IMG/VR virus record: IMGVR_UViG_3300035492_000075
From: a virus
DNA: 64,000 nucleotides
Reading direction: 5' to 3' (one strand)
A program made the position numbers and the translations under genes. Positions 42,057 through 50,530 of the stretch are shown in pieces (the first letter of the stretch is position 1; every line of letters begins with the position of its first letter). The notes below the pieces were generated by a model. That model ran no database searches. It saw only the letters and a program-made list of their open reading frames with translations, and was not told the origin of the DNA.

Positions 42057-43169
42057 TCAGCTATCAAGTTTTGCTGCGATGATTGCGATCCCGAACGGAG
42101 CGAAAATGCTGAACAGGATCACGAAGATGATGACGCCCTTTGGGATTTCGATGCTGTCTTCCAAGTATGCAAAATCTTCGATGTCACGAGGGACATAGTG
42201 TTTCGTAATGCTTGTCAGAATCACATCACTCACCAGTTTGTTGTCGAATGTTGCGACGTCAAGGATACCGTCTCTGATCGCAATCGTCAACATCTGATTT
42301 TTACTCCAAGAGTATGCACCAGCAGACTTGATTGTACCATCCGGCTCAACACCAATCAAGACTGTTACATCGTTGATCTTACCGCCAATGAGCTTCGTCA
42401 TGATGTCATCATCGATTTCCGAGGTGTGTCCATGGATGATGACGTTCACGTTCACTGCGCGGCTGCGTAGAGTCTTCAGCCCCTCGTTCAGCAGTTCATT
42501 GAACTTGCCAGACGGAGTGTACTTGGTCTGATACGTGATGACGCGCTCTGCACGGTAGTAATCTGTGATGCGTGTCGGGTAGCCAATAGCAGGCAGACTT
42601 TCAGCATCAACGTTGTTGAACAGCGTCGTCGGTGATGCCTTGATGTAGTTGAAGTAGCTGAAACGCTTGGCGAAGGGCTCGCCGATGCGAACAGCAGTCC
42701 AACGAGGTGGTTCACGCGTTCCTTGGCGGTTCACACGATCAATCAGGATGTTACCGACGTTGGATTTGACAACCCAGTCATAGTCATATGAGTGCTCATA
42801 GCAAGTAGAGCAAACTTCGGTACAGGAACGGTTTGACCCCGATCCTGAGCAGCTCTGACGGCAATTGCAACGATATGAATGCTCACATGACACGCGGTCG
42901 CGATACTTTCCGGTGACCTCACCGTTGATGACCAGTGTGTCATCACCAGCACTATTGAAAGCGACAAGAAGAGTCGCACCAATCACCAGCGAGTAGAAGA
43001 CACCACCCATGGCGATTTCCTTGTAGGAAATTCCATCATCAGCACCGAAACGGTAGCGTACTTTTCGACGATGAAGAAAATATTTCGCATACACGTAACG
43101 TGCTGCGAACATGAACACCACATAGACAGGAAGGGTGATTGCGATGACAAAGAATGTTGTTGCCAGCAT
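42057..43169 (-). CDS. Cys-rich multi-pass membrane protein, hypothetical
   Basis: ATG 43169 follows a GGAGA SD; the listed 43181 is a TTG. TM helices at both ends. CEHSYRCNCRQSCSGSGSNRSCTEVCSTCYEH cluster. Confidence 0.7.
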   Translation of the reverse strand: MLATTFFVIAITLPVYVVFMFAARYVYAKYFLHRRKVRYRFGADDGISYKEIAMGGVFYSLVIGATLLVAFNSAGDDTLVINGEVTGKYRDRVSCEHSYRCNCRQSCSGSGSNRSCTEVCSTCYEHSYDYDWVVKSNVGNILIDRVNRQGTREPPRWTAVRIGEPFAKRFSYFNYIKASPTTLFNNVDAESLPAIGYPTRITDYYRAERVITYQTKYTPSGKFNELLNEGLKTLRSRAVNVNVIIHGHTSEIDDDIMTKLIGGKINDVTVLIGVEPDGTIKSAGAYSWSKNQMLTIAIRDGILDVATFDNKLVSDVILTSITKHYVPRDIEDFAYLEDSIEIPKGVIIFVILFSIFAPFGIAIIAAKLDS

Positions 43170-43183
43170 AGTTTTCTCCAAAA

Positions 43184-43207
43184 GAAAGGGGGGCTGAAGC
43201 CCCCTCT
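43184..43207 (-). terminator. rho-independent terminator after the DNA ligase gene
   Basis: GGGGGC-TTCAG-CCCCCC followed by TTTCTTTT on the minus strand. Confidence 0.65.
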
Positions 43208-44602
43208 TTAGTCCATAAGCTGGATCAGATCGACGAATGCCGTCACCTGTTCAACCAGCCGTTCTCGGCTGTCGGCAAAATCTCGATCAGTCCGAATCTC
43301 GACAAAACGAGGAAGATAGAGAGCGTACATACCAGTGCGCTCGTCATATACCACATCATTGTATCGAACAGTGATGATTTTGTCTACGATTAGCTCAGGG
43401 TTTTTGAACCATTCCTTTCGCTGTTTGTCGGTGATGCCAGCACAGAAGAAGTGAACAGTTCCACAGGTAGTCACACATTCGAGCGACCCAACCATACCGG
43501 CATATTTCCCCTTGCCTTCCTTGATCCCGATAACCTTGACTTCACCATCAACAGCAACCTTCATTTTCATGTGCTTGCCGCTGGTTCCGTTCTTCCATAC
43601 CTCGTTCGGGTCTTTTACGATCAGACCTTCCTCGCCTGCCAAGCGAACTTCATTGAAAAAGTCTGCAAGCTGTGTGAAATTTACACAGTCAACATACTTT
43701 ATCAGCGAGAAGCTGCTCGGATATTGACCAGCAGTCATCTGATGGACGAGGTCATCCCAAATCTGTGAGTACGGGGTGTCGTCAGACCCAGCAAAGAACG
43801 AATCGAGCGGTATTTGATTCCAGACACTGAAAACAACCCTTGTGGAATCGATGTCTTCTGGTTTCTGATTCAGGTAACCGTTACCTGTCTGCCTGTCCAT
43901 AACACCAGTGCCATCGTCGCTCAGAACCAGTGCTTCACCTTGAATAACCGTGTTCTTGTGCTTCTCCAGCAGTTGCTCGACCTCATCAGCGGTGAGCAGT
44001 CCATCACATGGCTTACCGTTTCTGGAGAAGACCTGTACTGTGTTGTGATACACAATGATATCGACGTATTTCCCATCAGCCTTCAACTGTGCGATCTTAC
44101 GATCTTTCAGCTTCTTCAGCTTCTTCTCAGAGAAGCTAGACATGCGTTGGTACGGATGTTCAGCAACAACAACACCCCTGTCAGACGAGTTAAACGTGCT
44201 GATACCGCAACCACAACGAAGATCACGCTCAAAAATCATCTTGATGACACGACGCTCATCATTGTTCGCAGCAGAGTAGACCATACGAATTAGATGATCA
44301 CTACGATGACCACGAATCCCATCACTACTGATGTTCTCAAATAGCGAGAACACCTTTTCGAGACCAACCCCGATTCCAGTCGTTCCTTTGTACTCTTCGA
44401 CAATAGGATCAATGTTGGTGCGTCCGTAGGTATACCGCACCTCGTCGTACACGAACATCAGGAAACGATCAAAATCTACCAATGCTACACTGTTTCCACT
44501 ACCAACGAATCCGTTGATGATGGCTAGTTTCTCTGTCTTCTTGCTGGTCATTGCCAGCAAGTCGACGAGTGCCGTGATCTGTGATGCCTGAAGGGATGAC
44601 AT
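43208..44602 (-). CDS. ATP-dependent DNA ligase
   Basis: Adenylation motif AQLKADGKY, EGLIVK, and a C-terminal OB-like region. Confidence 0.85.
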   Translation of the reverse strand: MSSLQASQITALVDLLAMTSKKTEKLAIINGFVGSGNSVALVDFDRFLMFVYDEVRYTYGRTNIDPIVEEYKGTTGIGVGLEKVFSLFENISSDGIRGHRSDHLIRMVYSAANNDERRVIKMIFERDLRCGCGISTFNSSDRGVVVAEHPYQRMSSFSEKKLKKLKDRKIAQLKADGKYVDIIVYHNTVQVFSRNGKPCDGLLTADEVEQLLEKHKNTVIQGEALVLSDDGTGVMDRQTGNGYLNQKPEDIDSTRVVFSVWNQIPLDSFFAGSDDTPYSQIWDDLVHQMTAGQYPSSFSLIKYVDCVNFTQLADFFNEVRLAGEEGLIVKDPNEVWKNGTSGKHMKMKVAVDGEVKVIGIKEGKGKYAGMVGSLECVTTCGTVHFFCAGITDKQRKEWFKNPELIVDKIITVRYNDVVYDERTGMYALYLPRFVEIRTDRDFADSRERLVEQVTAFVDLIQLMD

Positions 44603-44922
44603 CAGATTCCCTCCGATGAGATCAGGCAGCGGTAGTAGTCTTGTAGCTGAAGTTCACTCACAAGAATCATCTTCGGCTCATTGTCCAGTGCGATCAGGTA
44701 TACGTGACCGGTGACAGAACCGGTTGAAACCTGTCGCTGGTTCTTCGTCTGAAAAGTGAACTCGTATCCGTCGCGGGTGTCGACGCAAGTGTACGTCATG
44801 CTTCCTTGAAAGCCCTGAGCATGAGACTCTCTTGAACCGAAAAACGCGACCACACAAATCAGAATGAACGCAACGATGATCAGCAGCTCAATGATGGTAA
44901 AACCGTTTTGTTTCGTTTTCAT
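44602..44922 (-). CDS. type IV prepilin/pseudopilin-like protein
   Basis: Class III signal MKTKQNG|FTIIELLIIVAFILICVV (G-F-T-x-I-E motif) followed by a ~75-aa globular part. Confidence 0.7.
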   Translation of the reverse strand: MKTKQNGFTIIELLIIVAFILICVVAFFGSRESHAQGFQGSMTYTCVDTRDGYEFTFQTKNQRQVSTGSVTGHVYLIALDNEPKMILVSELQLQDYYRCLISSEGI

Positions 44923-44934
44923 GATATTTCCTTT

Positions 44935-45705
44935 TTAAATTTCAATAACCATATATGGATCGAATGTTGTTTCGCTCTCACGTGGGTAACCCTGCATATT
45001 TGAGATGAACATTGTATCACCAATCAACTCCTGCCTGCAACGACCGTGAACATGACCAAACGCCCAATACTTCGCACGAAGAGCAACTTCAAGCCACTGG
45101 TTTACGAAGTACGCAGAAACTCCATTGTACTCGAAGTCCTCGTTGTTCAGGTATTCCAGCGGTGGAAAGTGAGTCATAACAAACGGAATCAGCTTGTTCT
45201 GCTCGGCAGTTGTGATCGCCTTACTGATGAACTTCTTGTCCTGCTTCGCGTTCTCGATCATTCGCTCCACTGACCAATCATTATGGAAATGGAAGTCAGA
45301 GATATTAAAATGAACGTTCTTGACTCGATCTTCAAGTGGTTCTTTATCTGAATACGCCTTCAGATCAGACCAGCCAGTAGCACCAATGAACAGATGACCA
45401 TGAAACTCGAAGGTGTTTCGATCCATATAGGTGATGCCAGTACGACGGCACAGTTCACGCATATCCTGACGCTGTTTCTTGACACTCGCAGCACCATAGA
45501 ACTCGTGGTTCCCCGGAATGAACAGTACAGGCACATGAGCCGGAATGAATGCACGGATAGCAGCCAGATCATAGTAGTTCTTGGCGTTGACGATGTCCCC
45601 ACAGAGCAGAACGATGTCGGAGTTTGCTCCAACATACTTGAACATACCGGGTGTCATACGCTGACGAGTTTCTGTATGAAGATCAGAAAAAATTGATACT
45701 TTCAT
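44935..45705 (-). CDS. metallophosphoesterase
   Basis: Motifs FSDLHTE, LLCGDIV, PGNHEFYG and GHVHG. Confidence 0.8.
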   Translation of the reverse strand: MKVSIFSDLHTETRQRMTPGMFKYVGANSDIVLLCGDIVNAKNYYDLAAIRAFIPAHVPVLFIPGNHEFYGAASVKKQRQDMRELCRRTGITYMDRNTFEFHGHLFIGATGWSDLKAYSDKEPLEDRVKNVHFNISDFHFHNDWSVERMIENAKQDKKFISKAITTAEQNKLIPFVMTHFPPLEYLNNEDFEYNGVSAYFVNQWLEVALRAKYWAFGHVHGRCRQELIGDTMFISNMQGYPRESETTFDPYMVIEI

Positions 45706-46259
45706 GAGTTTGTTACCTTGTCAAAAATTTCTTTGTCTTTGATGAAGACGGTAAAGTTGAGGTCATACCACTCTTCACTGAGCATCCGAGAAACAACATC
45801 CCAGTCTCCTCCACCAACACCACATCCAACCATCGGGAGCCCAATCTTGACACGATGCAGTGGGTATTTGGATCGAACCAAGTATTCCCGAAGTTGCTTG
45901 ATGGCAGATCGAAGAAGCACGTAGTCGGTGTTTGGCCCCGGAGATACCTGACCATACATATTAGCGACGTACAGAATATGCCCTGTTTGTGGATTCTTCG
46001 CAGCATGAGTAACATATGTCTCACCGGCAGGTGTCTTTTCTACCTCCCTGAGCGCCTTGACGATATTCTGGTCAAACGCCTCGACACGCGGAAAATTGAC
46101 TGCGACAGCGCGAGCAAAGCCAGAGCCAAAAACACCCTGACAATTGGTCTGATGTGCGATGATGTCGATTTCGCCGCTTTTGAGTGCGTACTCAATGAGA
46201 TCGGCATGCATATAGCGAATGCTACCGGGTGTTTCTTGGAAGATGACTTCGTCGGTCAT
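45702..46259 (-). CDS. macrodomain protein (TARG1/Poa1p-like ADP-ribose binding/hydrolase)
   Basis: IIAHQTNCQGVFGSGFARAV and IGLPMVGCGVGGGDW parallel the two macrodomain loops of TARG1-type proteins. Confidence 0.75.
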   Translation of the reverse strand: MTDEVIFQETPGSIRYMHADLIEYALKSGEIDIIAHQTNCQGVFGSGFARAVAVNFPRVEAFDQNIVKALREVEKTPAGETYVTHAAKNPQTGHILYVANMYGQVSPGPNTDYVLLRSAIKQLREYLVRSKYPLHRVKIGLPMVGCGVGGGDWDVVSRMLSEEWYDLNFTVFIKDKEIFDKVTNS

Positions 46260-46263
46260 GGAA

Positions 46264-46488
46264 TTACTCCGTTTCGTCTTTTTTGATAGAACCGTACACT
46301 ACGATTCCAGAAGGCTTCACGGTAGCAGTACCACGACCGCGTGTCAACACCACCGGCTCATCTTCCGAGCGGGACTGGATAGTCCAGCCCTCTCGAATGA
46401 GCCCATCGATGATTTTTCGCAGAGCGACAAAGCGCCCTGACTGGCTTCGACGTTCAGTCGAACCCGAAGAGGTCTCTTTTGATTGCAT
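46264..46488 (-). CDS. small hypothetical protein
   Basis: ATG 46488 follows an AAGGAAG SD. Overlaps the 3' end of the polymerase gene by 35 nt. Confidence 0.45.
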   Translation of the reverse strand: MQSKETSSGSTERRSQSGRFVALRKIIDGLIREGWTIQSRSEDEPVVLTRGRGTATVKPSGIVVYGSIKKDETE

Positions 46489-47365
46489 CTCGTCTTCCTT
46501 TGGCATCCCACTCAAGGGACGCAAGATAGTTTTCAATTTTCTTCTTGGCTTTTAGCCATTCCGTCGCATAGTCAATCTTGAACTCGTCGAACCAGTCTGG
46601 AAAGACTGTCATATCAATCGGGAACGCAATGTACTTGCTCTTCGGATGTTTGATGTACACCAGACCAACCTTTTCACCCGGCATGATCTGCTTGTCCAGT
46701 TTACCACAGTTCTCGTTCCAGAACATAGTAGCTCGTACCTGATACGGGAAACCTTTCATCGACCCCGTCATGGCATAGGCATCCTGACAGCGCTTCAGCG
46801 TCTTGACGTTGATTGGCTTGGCAATCTCGATAGCGCTGAACTCTTCAAACGAACGACGCATCTTCTGAACCTCATCCAACACATAATCCATATCATAACC
46901 GTCAAGAATCATATCCACCAGCTTACGGAGAATCTGTTTAATCGCCTTGGATGTGTCGGACTTCTTGAGCTCAACACCCATGATCTTCATCTTGTCGACG
47001 CGCTTTCCTTCAGAGTCGACAACATGCATGATGTAACGCTTCTTCGTCAGGAACAGAGCCTTGTCGAATACTACCTCGCGATCCGTCTTTACCGTCCCCT
47101 TACGAGACTCAGGCGTGTTGAATGCTCGAACACAGAAGTCTGGGAATGCTTCATTGGTCAGATTACCGATCTCGTCTGCCACAGCCACGATATCGTCAAG
47201 TGAGTCGTCTTCTCCGACGACACTGTTCAAGGTCAGCATGATCGAGTCAGTATCACCAGCAATCGCATGCTTCAGCGGTAACTGATCCCACACATACCCT
47301 TCTTTGGGGTCGTCTCTCCAACCCCATACCACGTTTGTCTCTTCAAAATCGATCATATCAGTCAT
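46454..47365 (-). CDS. gp43: family B DNA polymerase, C-terminal cistron (palm motif C + thumb; gp43B-like)
   Basis: Contains AGDTDS (motif C) and a C-terminal DLFGFD clamp-binding-like tail. ATG 47365 has its own GGAGG SD 9 nt upstream. Confidence 0.85.
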   Translation of the reverse strand: MTDMIDFEETNVVWGWRDDPKEGYVWDQLPLKHAIAGDTDSIMLTLNSVVGEDDSLDDIVAVADEIGNLTNEAFPDFCVRAFNTPESRKGTVKTDREVVFDKALFLTKKRYIMHVVDSEGKRVDKMKIMGVELKKSDTSKAIKQILRKLVDMILDGYDMDYVLDEVQKMRRSFEEFSAIEIAKPINVKTLKRCQDAYAMTGSMKGFPYQVRATMFWNENCGKLDKQIMPGEKVGLVYIKHPKSKYIAFPIDMTVFPDWFDEFKIDYATEWLKAKKKIENYLASLEWDAKGRRDAIKRDLFGFD

Positions 47366-49094
47366 TTGCCAGTGCCTCCACATACGAGTTTGCTTTGTAT
47401 GCTTGGAATTTACTAATCACCTGACCGGTCAGAGTAATACTCTTCGCCAGACGGATGTCGTAGAGGCGGAAGTGCGCGTTACTGATACATCCATACAGCG
47501 AGTTACAAATAATCTTCATCACGCTCTGATAGAGGTTATTGATGTTTGCTTCATCTTCGTCACCCCGCTCTTCTGCCTCCTTCTTCATCCGCTGGTACAT
47601 CTTACGGGTGTCGAATCTGTCTTTGACGTATACAGACAACAAGCCGAATTCACCACTGAAGAGAGTGCCATTCGCAGAGATACACCAGCCGTTCTCAATG
47701 ATAATATCATAGAGTGCGCTAGCATTGCATTCGATGTGATCGGTGACTTCCCCATCAATGATCTGATCAAGAATAACCATTGTGTCTTTCTTGGTCATTA
47801 CAGCGATATAATCTTTGTATCCGCCGTTGAGCTGCCCAACCATCGTCTCTGTGGAGAGTCCGAGCATCATCATGGCACTGGGGTACAGAGCAGTCAAGTC
47901 GACCGTAAAGCCCCATTTGTGAAGCCCTGAAATGGTGTCATAAACGATAGCACCCTCAAACTTCTCCTTCTCACTACCAGTCTTGTCAGCCAACACAACC
48001 CCACGGCTATGGCAGAACTTCAGGAAGCCCATTTCAATCGGCTTTACAGAACCAACTACGTCTCGGGCGAACACACTGTTCATGCGAGACAGGGTTACTG
48101 CCAGACGAATGATCTGGTGCTTACGGTCAAGGTACAGTAACAGACGAGCGTCGTGGATACCGTATTCAAAGAAGAGGTCAGGGTTCTCGCGGTAGAGCTC
48201 ACCAAGGTCACCCTCGTAGTCAACCTTGTCAATACCCAAGTCTTCAGTACAGACGGCACTGAGGCTGAACGAAGTCTTCTCAGACGGGATGAACTTCTTG
48301 TAGAGCTCAAGCATATCAAGATGCTGTCTACCAACAAGTGTCCATTCGACACGCTCTTCGGCATTATCATTGATAAACTCACGCTTCTTGGCTTTGAAGC
48401 CATCGCGACAGAACATGCGGAGCGCGTCTTTCTCTCCGAACTCCATGATCGCCCGTTCCATGATATACGGTAAGTCGAAGCCGTTGGTATACCAACCCGC
48501 CATGATGTCAACATCACGCTCTTCCAGCATGTCTGCAAGTGTTTCGAGTAGCTCACGTTCATCACGACACGAGATGGTCACGACAGGATACTCACCGTAC
48601 TTGTCGGTTACCTTCACCTTAGCTTCATCGAGCTTCAAGATGAGATACTCTTGACGCTTGGTGTCAAAAGCTTGGAACGAGTTAATGTACCCGTATGGGT
48701 TTTGTGGTGATGGGTATCCGTTTCCGTCGTTCAGGTCAAAGAAGACCTCGATATCATACAGGAAGACGTTATAGGGAGCATCCAAAGGGGCAGCAGCGTA
48801 TGTGTCGATGAGGCATTTGTACGTCGGTGATACGTCGCTTTCATAGAGTGACTGCCTGCTGTCAACGAATTTATTGAAAGTCCAGCGATCTTCAAAGTTC
48901 ATGCGTTTGAGGGGACGACCGAAGAGGTCTTTCGCATCCGGGTTACCGCTGTTGTCTAGCTGGTAGCAGTACAGGTATTTGGAGATGGGGTGAGTCTCGA
49001 CAATCAACTCCCCATCTTTGTCGCGGCACCACACAGTCAACTCGTCTGAGGTGGCTACTGCGTCAATATAGTTGTAGTTCATGAAACTCTCCAA
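47358..49094 (-). CDS. gp43: family B DNA polymerase, N-terminal cistron (exonuclease, motif A and B; gp43A-like)
   Basis: Exo motifs (FLYDIEV), motif A VDLTALYPS and motif B KIICNSLYG. Ends 25 aa after motif B. Confidence 0.9.
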   Translation of the reverse strand: MESFMNYNYIDAVATSDELTVWCRDKDGELIVETHPISKYLYCYQLDNSGNPDAKDLFGRPLKRMNFEDRWTFNKFVDSRQSLYESDVSPTYKCLIDTYAAAPLDAPYNVFLYDIEVFFDLNDGNGYPSPQNPYGYINSFQAFDTKRQEYLILKLDEAKVKVTDKYGEYPVVTISCRDERELLETLADMLEERDVDIMAGWYTNGFDLPYIMERAIMEFGEKDALRMFCRDGFKAKKREFINDNAEERVEWTLVGRQHLDMLELYKKFIPSEKTSFSLSAVCTEDLGIDKVDYEGDLGELYRENPDLFFEYGIHDARLLLYLDRKHQIIRLAVTLSRMNSVFARDVVGSVKPIEMGFLKFCHSRGVVLADKTGSEKEKFEGAIVYDTISGLHKWGFTVDLTALYPSAMMMLGLSTETMVGQLNGGYKDYIAVMTKKDTMVILDQIIDGEVTDHIECNASALYDIIIENGWCISANGTLFSGEFGLLSVYVKDRFDTRKMYQRMKKEAEERGDEDEANINNLYQSVMKIICNSLYGCISNAHFRLYDIRLAKSITLTGQVISKFQAYKANSYVEALAND

Positions 49095-49122
49095 AACAAG
49101 AAAGGGGCTCAGAGCCCCTTTC
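49093..49122 (-). terminator. rho-independent terminator upstream of the polymerase gene
   Basis: GAAAGGGGC-TCTGA-GCCCCTTTC followed by TTGTTTT on the minus strand. Confidence 0.65.
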
Positions 49123-49126
49123 TATT

Positions 49127-49447
49127 TTACTCGCTGTCCGAGTCGCCGTCAACCGGTGCCGGAATGGCAGTAGCTGTTCGGGTTTTTCGACGGTGGTCAG
49201 TGAGCTTCTCGTTCAGCTCAACGGTGAGCTCCAGCTTCGCGATCTTCTCGCTGATGCTGTCATCGTAACGCTCCTTGACCAGTGCGTTAAATTCGGCGGT
49301 GGTTAGCCCGACTTCTTCTTTAACCATCGATGCGATCTCTGCGCGAAGGTCTTTCTCGCCTTGCTGGCGGACAAGGCTGTCTGCTGCTTCCTGTACGGCG
49401 TTGTCGAGTTTGGTCAATACTTCTGCTGAAAAAATGATATCTGACAT
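49127..49447 (-). CDS. hypothetical protein
   Basis: 106-aa ORF with an AAGGGGA SD. Confidence 0.6.
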   Translation of the reverse strand: MSDIIFSAEVLTKLDNAVQEAADSLVRQQGEKDLRAEIASMVKEEVGLTTAEFNALVKERYDDSISEKIAKLELTVELNEKLTDHRRKTRTATAIPAPVDGDSDSE

Positions 49448-49456
49448 GTTGTCCCC

Positions 49457-49693
49457 TTATTTTCCTTGGATTCGGTTGGAAATACCTTCCAACGCAATGA
49501 TACTATCCATGACGTAATGATTCGGGAAGAAACCAAAACCATAGTCGTGGATTTTCTTCACATGATGAGAAATCTCTACCTGAGTTTCCTTATCGGAAGG
49601 GCGGTTTTTGGTGCGCAATTGATGCATAACACTGCGGAATCGACGTTCCGCACTGCTCAGTTGACGTACATTGCTTTTTGTTTCGTGTTTCAT
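49457..49693 (-). CDS. hypothetical protein
   Basis: 78-aa ORF with an AAAGGA SD. Confidence 0.55.
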   Translation of the reverse strand: MKHETKSNVRQLSSAERRFRSVMHQLRTKNRPSDKETQVEISHHVKKIHDYGFGFFPNHYVMDSIIALEGISNRIQGK

Positions 49694-49705
49694 GGTATTT
49701 TCCTT

Positions 49706-50530
49706 TTACTGCATATTAGTGATGTTTACTTCGTCTTCGCCAACAATACCAGAACCACCACTGGTGATCTCAGTATTGTAATGAAGTTCGATAAGGTTTA
49801 CTGCGACATTGAAGTCGTCATCGGTTTCTAACGCATTAACACGGACGCCACAACAGGAGTCCAACAGCTCGTACTCGATACCACCAATGTTGATATACGA
49901 GCGATGATACGGGACTGGTAGAGTGGTGTCCGCTTCGATGAAAGATTCGTAGCTGATAGCCACCCCTCGTTCAATCATTTCATTTCCGGTGAAGAAGACG
50001 TCTGTCTTACCAGCGTCATTCACTTCTTCCTCTGTCATAATCCCGCGTACTACGTATGTAGCAAAGATCGGCTGGAAAAGACGTTGGTTCACTTCAGAGA
50101 ATACAACATGTTGTGGTGTTTTACCAGTATACTGATACCCTTCCCGATGCGCCATAATAAGGGAAGTTCTTGAGGTGACGCGGACGTTCCCCATACACCA
50201 GATCATGAAAGCAGCAGACATGGCAATACCGTTCACGATGGTGATCAGGTTTCGATATGTCTTGAGAATATCCATGAGCTCACAGAGGGTTGATACATCC
50301 CCACCGGGGGAGTTGAGGTAGACCATGCACGTGTCGTACTGACGAGCCATCTCACGGAGAGAATTCAGAGCGTCTGAGTAGACGGCTGGTTGTTGAATAG
50401 CACCCCGTATCTGCAAGACTACCCGTCCTACTTCTTGATCAACGCCGACCATGATGGACGATGGACCCATATCGTCCATATCTTCATCGCTCTTCGATTT
50501 TGCTGTTACGTTAGTGGTTTTACTCAACAT
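49706..50530 (-). CDS. ClpP/S49-like serine protease
   Basis: YLNSPGGDVSTLCELMDIL...NGIAMSAAFMI...AHRE matches ClpP-fold motif order. Confidence 0.8.
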   Translation of the reverse strand: MLSKTTNVTAKSKSDEDMDDMGPSSIMVGVDQEVGRVVLQIRGAIQQPAVYSDALNSLREMARQYDTCMVYLNSPGGDVSTLCELMDILKTYRNLITIVNGIAMSAAFMIWCMGNVRVTSRTSLIMAHREGYQYTGKTPQHVVFSEVNQRLFQPIFATYVVRGIMTEEEVNDAGKTDVFFTGNEMIERGVAISYESFIEADTTLPVPYHRSYINIGGIEYELLDSCCGVRVNALETDDDFNVAVNLIELHYNTEITSGGSGIVGEDEVNITNMQ

